Below are positions 33,948-44,900 of a stretch of 64,000 bases of DNA, in pieces. Made by a program: the position numbers and the translations under genes. A model generated the notes under the pieces. That model made no database searches, was not told the origin of the DNA, and saw nothing but the letters and a program-made list of their open reading frames with translations. Origin of the DNA: Eutreptiella sp. 'Long Island Sound 2002' (Eukaryota; Protista; Euglenida). Every line of letters begins with the position of its first letter. Within the stretch, counting starts at the first letter, position 1. The stretch spans positions 65,162,001-65,226,000 of the forward strand of contig OZ038378.1 of the NCBI GenBank assembly GCA_964036045.1, written 5' to 3'.

Positions 33948-34103
33948 GGGGTGTACACCACCTCAGTGGAATATTTATCCACATGGGGGGGGGGCACACC
34001 ACTTCAGTGGAATATTTATCCAGAGGGGGAGGTACACCACCTCAATGGAATATTAATCCACAGGGGGGGGGGGGTACACCACCTCAGTGGAATATTTTTC
34101 CCA
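33948..34103. repeat. About 40-bp tandem repeat, 4 copies
   Basis: G(n)TACACCACCTCAGTGGAATATTTATCCA; spacing of 38-43 bp is due to the poly-G length. Confidence 0.9.
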
Positions 34104-34376
34104 GCCTCCCATTTTCCCCAATGCCCCATTTTCCACCCTTTTTTTTCTTTTGGGGGGGGTGTTCCCCTGTGTTGCATGGACTCCCATTCTTCCCAAATTT
34201 CAACTTTCATGATGGTTTTTTTTGTGGTGGGTGGCTGTGTTGGGGGAGGGGGAGTGCCAGACTTTTTCTTGTCCCTTTCTGACAGGAAGGAAGGAAGGGA
34301 GGGGGCGGGTACCACACTTTTATCAGACTTTTGCTGAGATGTGTTCTGTTTTATGTCATTGACACGAGATGCCAAA

Positions 34377-34401
34377 TCAGACTTCAGACTTCAGACTTTA
34401 T
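34377..34401 (-). repeat. (TCAGACT)x3 + TTAT motif, second copy
   Basis: Same motif as 29354-29379. Confidence 0.55.
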
Positions 34402-34827
34402 ACACTCAGCTGGGTAGTACCTTGGCGTGTGCTGTCGGTCGGTGGTTGTGTGTCCCTATGCCAACGGCTTCGTGCGGTGAGCCACACCCCACAGTTGGCC
34501 TGTCCTCTTACCCTCCTGTGCCCTGAGCTAGCAGGGAGGGGTTTCCAACACGGGCCATGGTCCACGTCCACACCCCGTTGTGTAGGGTGCGCCCGGCGGG
34601 TGCCTGGGGAAAAAGAGAAGGCGGGGGGGGATAGCATGATTGATTGATGTCACCATTCCGGTACTAAGTTGCATGAGTATGTGCGGGTCTTGCATTTGCA
34701 GCAATTTTGGATTCTAAGACAATTACGGTACCTTCCATATGCTCCATGGGAACACGCACCTGCACATGTATGGGCTGCACCTGCATAGGAAGACATTGAT
34801 GATGAGGTTGTTGTGGGTGATGATGGG

Positions 34828-34915
34828 GATGTATGTGCCTTTTGTTGCACCAAGTCTGACCCTGAGAAGATGTTCATGTGTGACAAGTGGGAACTGCAAT
34901 ATTAGCTTGCAATGT
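34828..34915 (+). pseudogene. PHD-finger-like remnant
   Basis: DVCAFCCTKSDPEKMFMCDKWELQY*LAML fits C-x2-C...C-x2-(C)...(H)...(C) with decayed ligands. Confidence 0.45.
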
Positions 34916-34948
34916 TGCACGGATTGCATTGACACACATACATATGAC

Positions 34949-35284
34949 CAGGGCGGTCCTTTGGTACCGAGATTTTTTTTTTGTTGGACCGCTCCAAGGG
35001 ACCATCAACCGCCAACCGCCGACTGCCACCAACCGCCAACCTCCAACTGCTGCCAACCGCTAGCGGCGACCAACCGCCAACCGCCAATGACTGCTAACCG
35101 CCATCAACCACCAATCCCCAACCACCAACTGCCGCCAACCACCATCAACCGCCACCAACCGCCATCAACCGCCAGTCGCCAACCGCCAACCGCCAACCGC
35201 CAACACATGGTGTGCCCGTGTATATTTTTGGGAAACCTTGGTACAGGAACACTTCTTTTTTTTTCTTCGTTAAGGACCGCCCTG
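34949..35284. mobile_element. hAT-type MITE (336 bp)
   Basis: Perfect 13-bp TIR CAGGGCGGTCCTT/AAGGACCGCCCTG; 8-bp TSD CATATGAC/CGTATGAC (1 mismatch); internal (CCAACCG)n repeats. Confidence 0.9.
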
Positions 35285-36469
35285 CGTATGACAGTGTGAC
35301 AGGAAGACAGTGCTTTAATTCTGCAAATGTGTCATGTTTTACACACAAGTCCTTCATTTTGGGGGCTCTTCAAGCGGAATCTAGTCTAAAAGTAGCACCA
35401 GTGCGCACGCGTTGCAAGGACGCCACCATAGGCTCCAATCCAGGGCATCCCACTCCATCAGTGACGGCATTAGGACACCAGGTTAATGGGGCATTCTAGC
35501 CAGCCCAACCGCACCATGTTATGCGGCCTGTCATTACCCTCCACATTCAGATGTTAAGTGACCCACTTCATCTGTACCTGGTCACCTGCAGGCTCCTCTC
35601 ACTAATTGCGATGACCCACTTCCCTGGACTGCACTGAGAGATTTGATTTGGGGGACGGCCATCCTCACATTTATGACCAAAGTAAGGCTTGTTCCAGGAG
35701 CAGTAGGTAATGAAGACTATGTTGGGGCCTCTGACACACCAGATTGGTGCTACACGGGCGATCATGTTCGGCTGTAGAGCTTCTGAAGGGTGATAATCCT
35801 CGTCAAGCCTATGGCCAAGGTAGTAGGAGGAGTACACTTCACATCGTACTACCTCATATCAACTGCAGGGATGCATTGAGAAGTGAGGGTTCGAGTGGCA
35901 CGGTTTGTTGGCGTTACCAATGAATGACTTGTCATGTGCCTTTGGAGGCTTTGTGGATGGTATTTGTGCAGCTGTGGTGCTCCACATGCGCAGAGCTCGT
36001 TTTGAGCCTGCGGCCACGTTCATTTTTCCCGCAGCCATGTGTCCTTGAAGTGTCGCCCTTCCTCTGGTATATCAGTATGCGGACCATATTGATTTGGTAC
36101 CTTGGTGTATCTTGGACAAAAGGGGGTGGGATACTCAACTCCTTCCTTGTTCAGAAGTTGGCATTCTACCCACATGCGTTTTTACTGATCCTAACCTCTC
36201 AGTTCGAATCTGGATTTTCCTCCATACTTTGGCACAACGGTGATAACAGAACTTGTACCCCGCCCATTCACAGACTGCATAGCACCCCCACTCCACCCTC
36301 AACAATCACATACTTGTTGACACCCGCCCTTCTAAGAATACCATCACCTACTCAGATTGGCCACATCCATCCCCAAACCCCATGCTCGAACGCTGGTACA
36401 GAATACTCCCCCTCCCAGCCCGTACTCCCTTTCCCAGTGTGTCGAGAATCCTAGTGTATATTGGTTCCG

Positions 36470-36610
36470 TGCGGCTGTGTGTGTTGCTACACGTAGCTGT
36501 GTGTGGTGTGTGGCTCTGTGTGGCTGTGCATGGCTGTGTGTGGCTCTGTGAAGTTTTGTGTGGCTGTGTGTGGCTCTGTGAAGCTTTATGTGGCTGTGTG
36601 TGCCTCTCTT
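36470..36610. repeat. (GGCTGTGTGT)-like simple repeat
   Basis: Degenerate decamer run. Confidence 0.8.
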
Positions 36611-36991
36611 TCTGTGTGTGGCTTGTGATGGCAATGGCGGTGGCAAACACGTGGTTTGAGATGCAAATGGCATCATCAAAGGCAGAGGGTCGGCGGCACC
36701 GCACAACGCCCTTGTCAATATTGTGCCCATTCTCGGGCATTGCACCTTGGTGGACGACATGGCCTCACCCATGGCGAACCCCTTTGCTCTCACCATGGTG
36801 TGACAACCTCCAATGGCGGAGGCTAGTGACACGGCCTTCGGCCCGTGCTTAGGGATCCAATCCAGCAACCAAGCAACACCTTCGCCGGCCTATGAGTATG
36901 TTGAATGCGGTGTGAGCGGCACAACGGAGGCATGCACGATGCTTGCACCCAAAAAATTATGACATTGGATACATTGATTTCTACCTTGCTA

Positions 36992-37387
36992 CCCCCCCCC
37001 CCCTTGTATAAGCTGCGCCCTTGTCCAAGCTACAGTAGGCGTAGGGACCGTATTAATTTGGGACCTAAATTTAATTTGCTACCAAACGTAGTGCAGCCAC
37101 ATAAGACATGGGTTTGGTGACGGATTTGCGAGTTACATAGAGTCATGGACACATTTGTTGTGAGTGTTTGCCACTTGAACCCACATAGCTCTAATTTTGG
37201 GGATGTTTGTGCATTATGTGCCCCTTTCTTGCACCGGCTCACCATGCAGTCCTCTCTTTTTGAACCTGGGCGCCCGGTGTTGGTAGTTGTATGTGTTGCG
37301 CGCAGGCTACGCCCGTGTCCAAGCTACAGTAGGCATAGGGACCGTATTAATTTGGGACTTTGGCGTAGCTTATACAAGGGGGGGGGG
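36992..37387. mobile_element. MITE-like element with poly-C/poly-G-tipped TIRs
   Basis: C12-TTGTATAAGCTGCGCC versus GGCGTAGCTTATACAA-G10; internal ~48-bp direct repeat at about 37016-37064 and 37311-37358; no clear TSD. Confidence 0.75.
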
Positions 37388-37604
37388 ATGATCGTGACAT
37401 TGAGACAGACACAATTGAGACATGGTAGAATACTCGTTGTATGGTGATGGGCCAACCACAAATCCCCAAGCCCAGTTGCTAAAGTAGACGCCAATTTGGA
37501 GGAAACAAATCCCGTGGCCTTGACTAGCCCAACAGGCACGCAATCGCAAGACATTGAACATCGACCTACGTTGACCGAGAAAGCAACAGAGCACGAAACA
37601 AGGT

Positions 37605-37790
37605 TCTGTATTTTTTTTTAGATGCGGATTTTTTTTTTAGAGGAAATATTTTTTCTTAGCTAAAAAAATATTCCGCACTAAAAAAATATTCGGTGCTAAA
37701 AAAAAATACTCCGCGCTAAAAAAAAAAATACTCAGACATTTTTTTTCTGCGCGCAGTATTTTTTTTCAGCGCAAATGCCGCAAATTTTAG
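37605..37790. repeat. AT-rich segment of T(n)AG / CTA(n) motifs, related to 39595-39865
   Basis: TTTTTTTAGATGCGGA(A)T-T(n)AGAGG is shared with about 39600, same orientation. Confidence 0.7.
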
Positions 37791-38298
37791 AAGTGGTAAA
37801 AAAAAGTGTTATGGGTGATTCCCTAGGCACCTATGGGGGACGTGGTGTGTGCGGGTCCCCCATGACAGCACGGGTGATGAAGCAAGTTTGATTTTGACCC
37901 CCCCCCCCTCCCCCCTCAACTTGGACCACCAACCCCCCGCCCACCCCTCTAGACCCCCTCTGGAGCGCCAGATTAGCAAGACGAGGCGCTATACAAATGT
38001 TGTTTGTTGCCCAGACATGTTCAATGCAATCGTCAGCCCGCGGACAAGGGGCCCCTGGCGCGGGATGCTGCCACCCAGATTGAGCATTGTGTCCGATCCA
38101 TCTACTCCTCAAGCGGAGCTGCCAGCCTTGCTAGCGGTGCCCCACTCAGCAATGAGTGTGGGCGCAGCGTGGAACCGCGTGGCCACCAGCGTTTGGTGGC
38201 CCGTTGTGGAAACCCGGGAGTGGAATTGCGGTACACAATGTGAAATGTGGGGTGTTCCACTTGTTTGTTTGTTTCACAACCCCATATTGGTCAGTATT

Positions 38299-38700
38299 GT
38301 TGCGCCCCTTGAGTTGGGGTTAGGGATTCACAATCCACGCTTTGTTGCGGGGCCCCTTGAGGTGGGGTTAGGGACTCGCAATTCACGCTTTGTTGCGTGG
38401 CCCCTAGAGTTGGGGTTAGGGACTCGTAGTCCACGCTTTGTTGCGTGGCCCCTTGAGTCTTCCTTCGCTGGGGGACGTATGCAGAGAGTTCATCGCAGAG
38501 GATCACAGGTACTATCTGAATTTTGTAAAGTAGGGTACTCAGCCACCTTGGCCAGAGCCCATGTGCACAGATTCATCTGCTCAGAGAACAGGGGTCTTCC
38601 TTCACTGGGGGACCTATGCAGAGAGGTCATTTGAACGGATCATACATAATGTCTGAATTTTGTGAAGCAGGGTACTCAGCCACCTTGGCCAGAGCCCAGG
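38299..38700. repeat. 48-bp tandem repeat (about 3.5 copies) followed by a ~100-bp direct repeat pair
   Basis: Units start at 38299, 38344, 38392 and 38440; GGGTACTCAGCCACCTTGGCCAGAGCCCA occurs at about 38533 and 38670. Confidence 0.85.
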
Positions 38701-39500
38701 GGCACAATTTCAAGGGTGGGGATAAGGTGCCCGCAGTGGAGGGCTCTGAGTGCACGATCAAGTGGCAGACAGAAAAGAAAGCCAGTTCCCATTCTATTAC
38801 AGATGTGTTTCTTACTGCTCTTCATAGCATTCCGAGTTCGGATAGTGCATCAGAGGCCCCTTTGTATCTGGAGTCTGAGCACGAAGCCACTGACCCAAAA
38901 ACGTCCCTACGCTCAGCTGCCCAGCACAATACCCAGACACAGGGTGATCCAGCCAAGCTTTTTCTGCTCGATTCTTCTGAAGTACCACGTGCCACTCACG
39001 TGGCTGTGCTGCAGTGTCTGACAGCCATAGTTATCAAATCCTTACAACCCTGCATCCCAGCACAAAATTTTGTGCATTTTCTGCGGCTTTCGCAGTCTGC
39101 CCAGTCAGTCCCAAGTTCCAGATTCCTTGCTCAGACTCTGAGAGGTGGTATTCAAGCACTACTCAGTCGGTGCACAAGTTTGCCCATAATTGCATGCTCA
39201 AGTGTTGCTCTTTCCAAATGTCTTCAGATGATGGGTCAACATAGGCCGACCAGGGTGCACACAGGGAGGGATGCTGGTTCTGTATTTGTTTGGGTCATGT
39301 CCAAGAATCCATGGCACTCCAGCCCTTGTCCACAACGAAGGCGTCTTGTGCATCAGTTACACAGTGACAGGTTCCCATGCCATCAAGTGGGTTGCATTAT
39401 CCATCATCCTCACGTAACCTAAAGTGTACTGCAACAGCACGTTCGGAAAGTGCATCTGGCATCAGGCAATCTTGTTGGCAGTGGTGTCATACTGGGCGTC
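38620..39500 (-). pseudogene. Highly decayed Ty3/gypsy-like RT (palm/thumb/connection) remnant
   Basis: Minus-strand translation gives AYVDP..EDIWKEQHL, NFVLG, EKAWLDHP, TFLGQW and P.LRAPYPHP in pol order, with many stops. Confidence 0.5.
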
Positions 39501-39594
39501 ATGTTGTCCCTAGATGCAACGCAGTGTGAATCAGTGGTTTCTATTGCATGTTGCCTGTAAGGGCAGGGCAGGGACGTGGGGGTAGCGTTATCCG

Positions 39595-39865
39595 TTATTT
39601 TTTTTTTAGATGCGGAATATTTTTTTTTAGAGGTTGTATTTTTTCTTAGATCTCAAAGTCTGTTCCTGAAACGTTGTTTTATTTTTTTTTTAGATTTGCA
39701 GCGGATTATTTTTTAGAGGGCCATCTAAAATTTTGATCACTTTCGACCTTCTTTTTAGATGTTTTGCATTAAATTTTAGATGTTTTGCATTTTTTTTAGA
39801 GGTTGTATTATTTTTTAGCGCATCTAAAAAAATATTTTCGCATCTAAAAAAATATTATCTCACGA
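39595..39865. repeat. AT-rich segment of T(n)AG / CTA(n) motifs, second copy
   Basis: See 37605-37790. Confidence 0.7.
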
Positions 39866-41118
39866 AACAACACCTCGCAAAACATGTGGGCCTCCAACGT
39901 AGGCACTGGGCATGTGAAAATATCTCTCGAGTTGGTGGTGAAACGAGGCATAGGTGGGCGCACAATGTTTCTCTCGTGATCACTAGTTTGCCTATGTTGG
40001 CCTAGTCAATAAAGGCGGCTTGTGCAAACCCACCATTTGCTTTTGTTGGGTGTACGGGGCGGTATTTGTGGCACTCATGCCTACTTTTACGGGGGTACAA
40101 GAGGTAACTAGGCAATCTAATATGGACGAGTCGTGACATGCCTATGGCAAATGCCGTAGATAGTCGTAAAGCCTTTGCAATGGGGACACCCCGGCAATAC
40201 TAGGGAGCAGCACTGGAGAACCATTGGTGGGCACACAATGTAGTGGAGAAAACTTACCCCTCCATTTGGGTAACTGCTTGGGGGGGCAGCCGTGGGAGAC
40301 GCGGAGAACGGAGGTCTAGGTAGCACATGTTGGCCACGGCCATGTCAACCCCCAACCCCTTTGCAAGGCCCCTGTGCAAGACACCCGGGCCTGAGGGTTT
40401 TGTTGGTGCCCATCAACAAGGTCCCATTCGGCGACTTCGGGGAGAATGGCCAACAGCTTGCACTCCCACTTTGCCACAAGCACGGACCTACCAGGTTATG
40501 CATGTCGCATAGAGGGTTGGTGGTGCAAATAAGTCGTAGTCGACAAATTGGTGCCTAAACAACCTAAGTTGGATAGCCTAGCTCACGTCTCTAGGATGTG
40601 GGTTGTGGAATGTGCAACAATGGTACCGGGGAGCGAGATATCCTGCCCGGAAACTAGCAGAATGCGGTGGACAACCGGGCCGAAGGGGCTAAGATCAAGA
40701 TTTACATTTTGACAGGGTCCCAATTGCTACGGTTCCTTAGTGCTTCTAGTCAACCGAACCTTTGGGCAAAGGGATTCATAGGAGCATTCCATCCCCCTCT
40801 CAGGTGGCTAGTTGGGCATGGGCTTGAAGAAATTACCCCAAAGAGAGGTTGTTAGACCAAGCGCATGCGCGGGCGCTGTATACCACTCTTTTTGGGGGGC
40901 TCATTCGCGTAGCATATCCCAAGGCATGACATTTGATGTCCAACCTTTTATAGAATCTTTATGTTGTCCAATAAGAAAATCCCCCAATGATTTTTGATTC
41001 CGAAGCCTCTATCCCCTAAAACTAAATATCATTTTTTTGGGTGTGTGTGTGGGGGGGGGGTGTCAAAAATTTGTGCTTAGAAGGTTTAGAACAATGGTTA
41101 GATTGGGTAGAGTTCAGG

Positions 41119-41192
41119 TCGGCCGACTGCGATTCGAACCACCGACCTACGCGTCTACGGTCGGCTGCATTACCGTTCGACCACTGCTTGTT
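41119..41192 (-). pseudogene. tRNA-Tyr(GTA)-derived sequence (pseudogene or SINE head)
   Basis: A-box TGGTCGAACGG, anticodon region GACCGTAGA, then TAGGTCGGTGGTTCGAATC (B-box); the acceptor stem does not pair. Confidence 0.7.
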
Positions 41193-41929
41193 GTGGCAGT
41201 AGCAATTGTCCCTACTGCTTGAAGCTGAAAAAACCCAAAGTGTGCTTTTGTGTCTGCCTGCTTGCTTCCCCTACTGACTGTTCGACTGGCTGCTTGCTGA
41301 ACTAAGTGATTGACTGACTGGCTGCTTGCCGAACTAAGTGATTGATTGGCTGATTGTCATCCTTTGTTCGAGGTGCACTGCTGAAGGCAATAGAATTTTG
41401 TTAATACTTCGCATCCATATTTGCCCCAAGACAAGCCTGGTCAAAGGAGTTTAAGGGGCCAGTTATATGTATTGGTATGTTCTCGCTTGCTGTTGACTAT
41501 TTTGCGTATTTTTTCTAAAAACAGACGAATGGGCCCAGCAATTTAGGGGATTTCACAACGGAAGGTGTCCGAAAATCCAAAAATAACGGCGAATTCTTGA
41601 TTTTTGGGTCGCAAATGCGGTTGGGGGCTTCTTTCATCCACGCAAACCGATTGCTCTCTAGGGCGCCATAGGATGTTTTGGATCCACATTTGGCTAGCCT
41701 ACACGCACACTTTAGGCTTGGAAATCCGAAGTAATCATCCACCTCCTCAACCAATACTACATTTACAATCAGGCTCACAGGGGTTATGTAGTGTTTTGCC
41801 TTCTTTGCGTGGTTGCTTGGTATTGATCTTGGCAACGGGGTGAGGTGCGTTTGGCGTACTTTGTGCCTGTTTCAAAATCCTTTCCCGAAAATCTCTAACA
41901 GCGGCATCAACAACCGGGATTCAATGTTA

Positions 41930-44900
41930 CTAATTCGTGAGGTTCTTCTGCCGATGTGCTTAGCGTCAAGCGCTGCAACCCTTGAGTGGTGACACCCGAG
42001 CGCATTACATGAAGGGGGAAACAGATGATTATGACGTGTACACGACAAGAAACTGTGAATAAAGTAATGCCGTGACTGCAGTTGTGTTACACGTTGCGAT
42101 CTAGGTATGGTCACTTTGTAAAGGAGCACGCACAACAACGGTATCGCTAAACGTTTCGGCCTGCCGACCAAGGCCACAGCTTCAAGAGTTCAGTAGTGTA
42201 CAAGTTCACCGTACTAGAATGTACCGATTTCCGTAGACATTTGTAACTGTCGATCAAGAGAGCAACCATGTTATCCCACTTCTATGTAGCTTTGATTGTC
42301 TTTGTGCAGCATGAGTGATCTCTTGACGATCGCTCATGGAAGTATTGTAGAGCAAGGGCTGATTTACTCTGCAAGCAGCTTATTTCGGAGCTTCTATTAG
42401 TAGGATAGGCACATACGTGCAGGTCATGCCACATTTGAACAATAGCTACGCAAATATGTTTAGGCATCTCGGGCACAGTTGTGTGGCCACTACAGCACGC
42501 ATCTCGTCTTATGTATGAATGACGCAATGTTAGTGTCAAAAATCAATGCAAAAGTGCTCAAAGGCATGGCATGACCCATCCCGTGCAGTATCTTGGAGTA
42601 TTTAAAAATTGTTGCAGCACAAATGTTCTGCCGGTTCCATGGATAGTTGCCGCACATATTCATTCATGTAATACCTCTATTCATCACAAAGTTGCTTGTG
42701 CTTATGCAGTGGTTGTGCATTTGCACTCACGGCCAAAAATATGCAAACATGCACGTTCCTACCCGATTTAGAATGACAAGAAAGTTTGCAATGGCGAAAA
42801 TTTGCAACGGGCATCCATGGCTAGTATTTTCAAATATGCTACACAACATAAGTGTGTCCATCAAGGTCGGCGCAAGATTCGTAGAAGAGTCGCACATGGA
42901 AGGGAGCCTCGAGTGGCACTGCGCAAGGACGCGGCCAAGAGGAAGGCACATATCCCGAAACGTGCACCGCAGGACGACCCTACTCCGAGGGTCTTTCCGC
43001 TACCGCATGAGGATCCTTCTGGAAAGAGCTCGATGACACTTTGGCGCCAGAAGCGGAGTTGTTGGTTGGGCATAGAACCAACATGGCTCTTCGTGGCAAT
43101 GCGTGACGGCTCATTCTGCGAGAGACTTGATGGCAGCGCATCAAAACTCTTTGTCAGGGGAGGTTGACGCACTGTGACTCTGCAGCCGGAGTTTTCGGTT
43201 GGGCTGGCAGCTGTCTTCGCTCTTTGCGGCGGGGCATGACCACCCTCCACCAAGGGAAATAGGAGGTCTCTTCTGAGGCAAGTGCGGGCCCCACCGCTAC
43301 AATCCTGGTGCCATACTAAAGCTGCATCACCACTTTCGCATGCGCAGCATACTCTCATGTAGTCTTTCTGCCCCGCATCATAAGCCTAGGGCTGGTCTCC
43401 GCCGTGAACAAAACAATCACATTCGCACGGAAACGCGCATCTTTCGAAATCCATCCCTCATCTCCGTGTAGGTTGACTCACACATGGGAGTATCGACTCT
43501 CACTGCAGAATAGGGTTGCTGCCTCCGATCTCCGGTACGGGCATCAACGCCCCGGACTCAATATTGACAAGGTGCGAGCCGCCTCGTTCACGATGTGCTT
43601 TGCCTCAAGGGACGCAACCCTTGAGTGGTGCCAACATTACATTGAAGCGTCTCAGATCATTCTGCTGCGTACATGACATGACAGCTCCATGAACCGTTGC
43701 CATGGCTGTAGTTCCCTTACACATTCCATTGTAGATCTGGCCACTTTGGGAAGAAGTGTCCACAACCAAGGCTCACCGAGATTAGCAGAACAACATTGCA
43801 ATTGTGTTAAAATACTCTGTAGCAGGACGTGGTGACTTCCGAGCATGCTTGTAATTGTCAATCCAAAGAGCAACCATGTTATCTCACTTTTGATGTAGCT
43901 TTAACGGTCTCCATATTTGGTGGACCATGAATCATCTATTCACAACGAATGATGCAAGCCCTCAAGAGCAAGTGGTTATTCACTCTGCACGCAACTTATC
44001 TCGGAGCTTGTGAGAATAGGACATGCACATGAGTCCAGAGCCTGCCACATGTGGAACACTTGCTATGCCAATATCTTTAGGCATCTGGGGTGTGGTTGCA
44101 TTGCCACCACATCACGCATCTCGTCCTATGTATGAATGACGCAGTGCCCCTGTCTCAAATCAGTCTGAAATTTGTCAAATCCATGGTATTGCCCGTCCCG
44201 TGCGGCATCTCCGAGTAATCAAAAGTGGTTGGACCACAAATGTTGTGCCGCGTAAAGGGACAATTGCCCTGCATAGTCATCCCCGTAACACATCTGTTGA
44301 GCACCAAGTTCGGGATGTGGATGCAACGGTTGTCGACGTGCGGTAATGGGCACTTTGTCCTTCTACATGACTTTGTGTGGTTGGATGTGCAGAGATTTGC
44401 AAACACCCAGTTGCGTACCCAATGTTGCGAGAACGCTGAAGTGTGCAATTGCAAAATTTGCAACAAGGATGTGTAGGTAGCATTTTCTGAATGGCATGTA
44501 ACCTTGCCGTGAAGAGCCAAGCTGGCTGCAGACTTGTCCTCCGAGTCTGGACTTGGCACCGCGGAGCGGGATCCAGACCATGGAGGCTAACAATGCCAGA
44601 GGAACGCGAACAGCGGGTCATGGAAGCTTGGGTGGCGATGGGGACGGGGCTCTCATGCAGGGAGGCAAATGTTGCTAACCGGCAGGACATGGCATCCCTT
44701 TCTCCGGGGAACGACGGTTTACTCCAGAGCAATAGCCGGAGTAGGTGGCCGGGCCGAAAAACAATATGGCTCTTCCCCGTAGGGCATGATGGCCCTTCCT
44801 CACAGGACTTACTGGGTGGGCATGACGACCCTTTACCGCGGCACGATGAAACAGTCCAACCCATGCTCCGTTAGTCGTCGGTTAGGCTTCCACCTATTTT

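Noticed and set aside
38299-38460. Telomeric repeat
   Set aside because: A single GGGGTTAGGG per 48-bp unit, not a tandem TTAGGG tract.
38616-39422. 268-aa plus-strand gene
   Set aside because: No recognisable domain; the opposite strand carries ordered RT motifs, so this is likely an antisense open frame.
41119-41192. Functional tRNA-Tyr gene
   Set aside because: The acceptor stem is unpaired and the anticodon stem is damaged.
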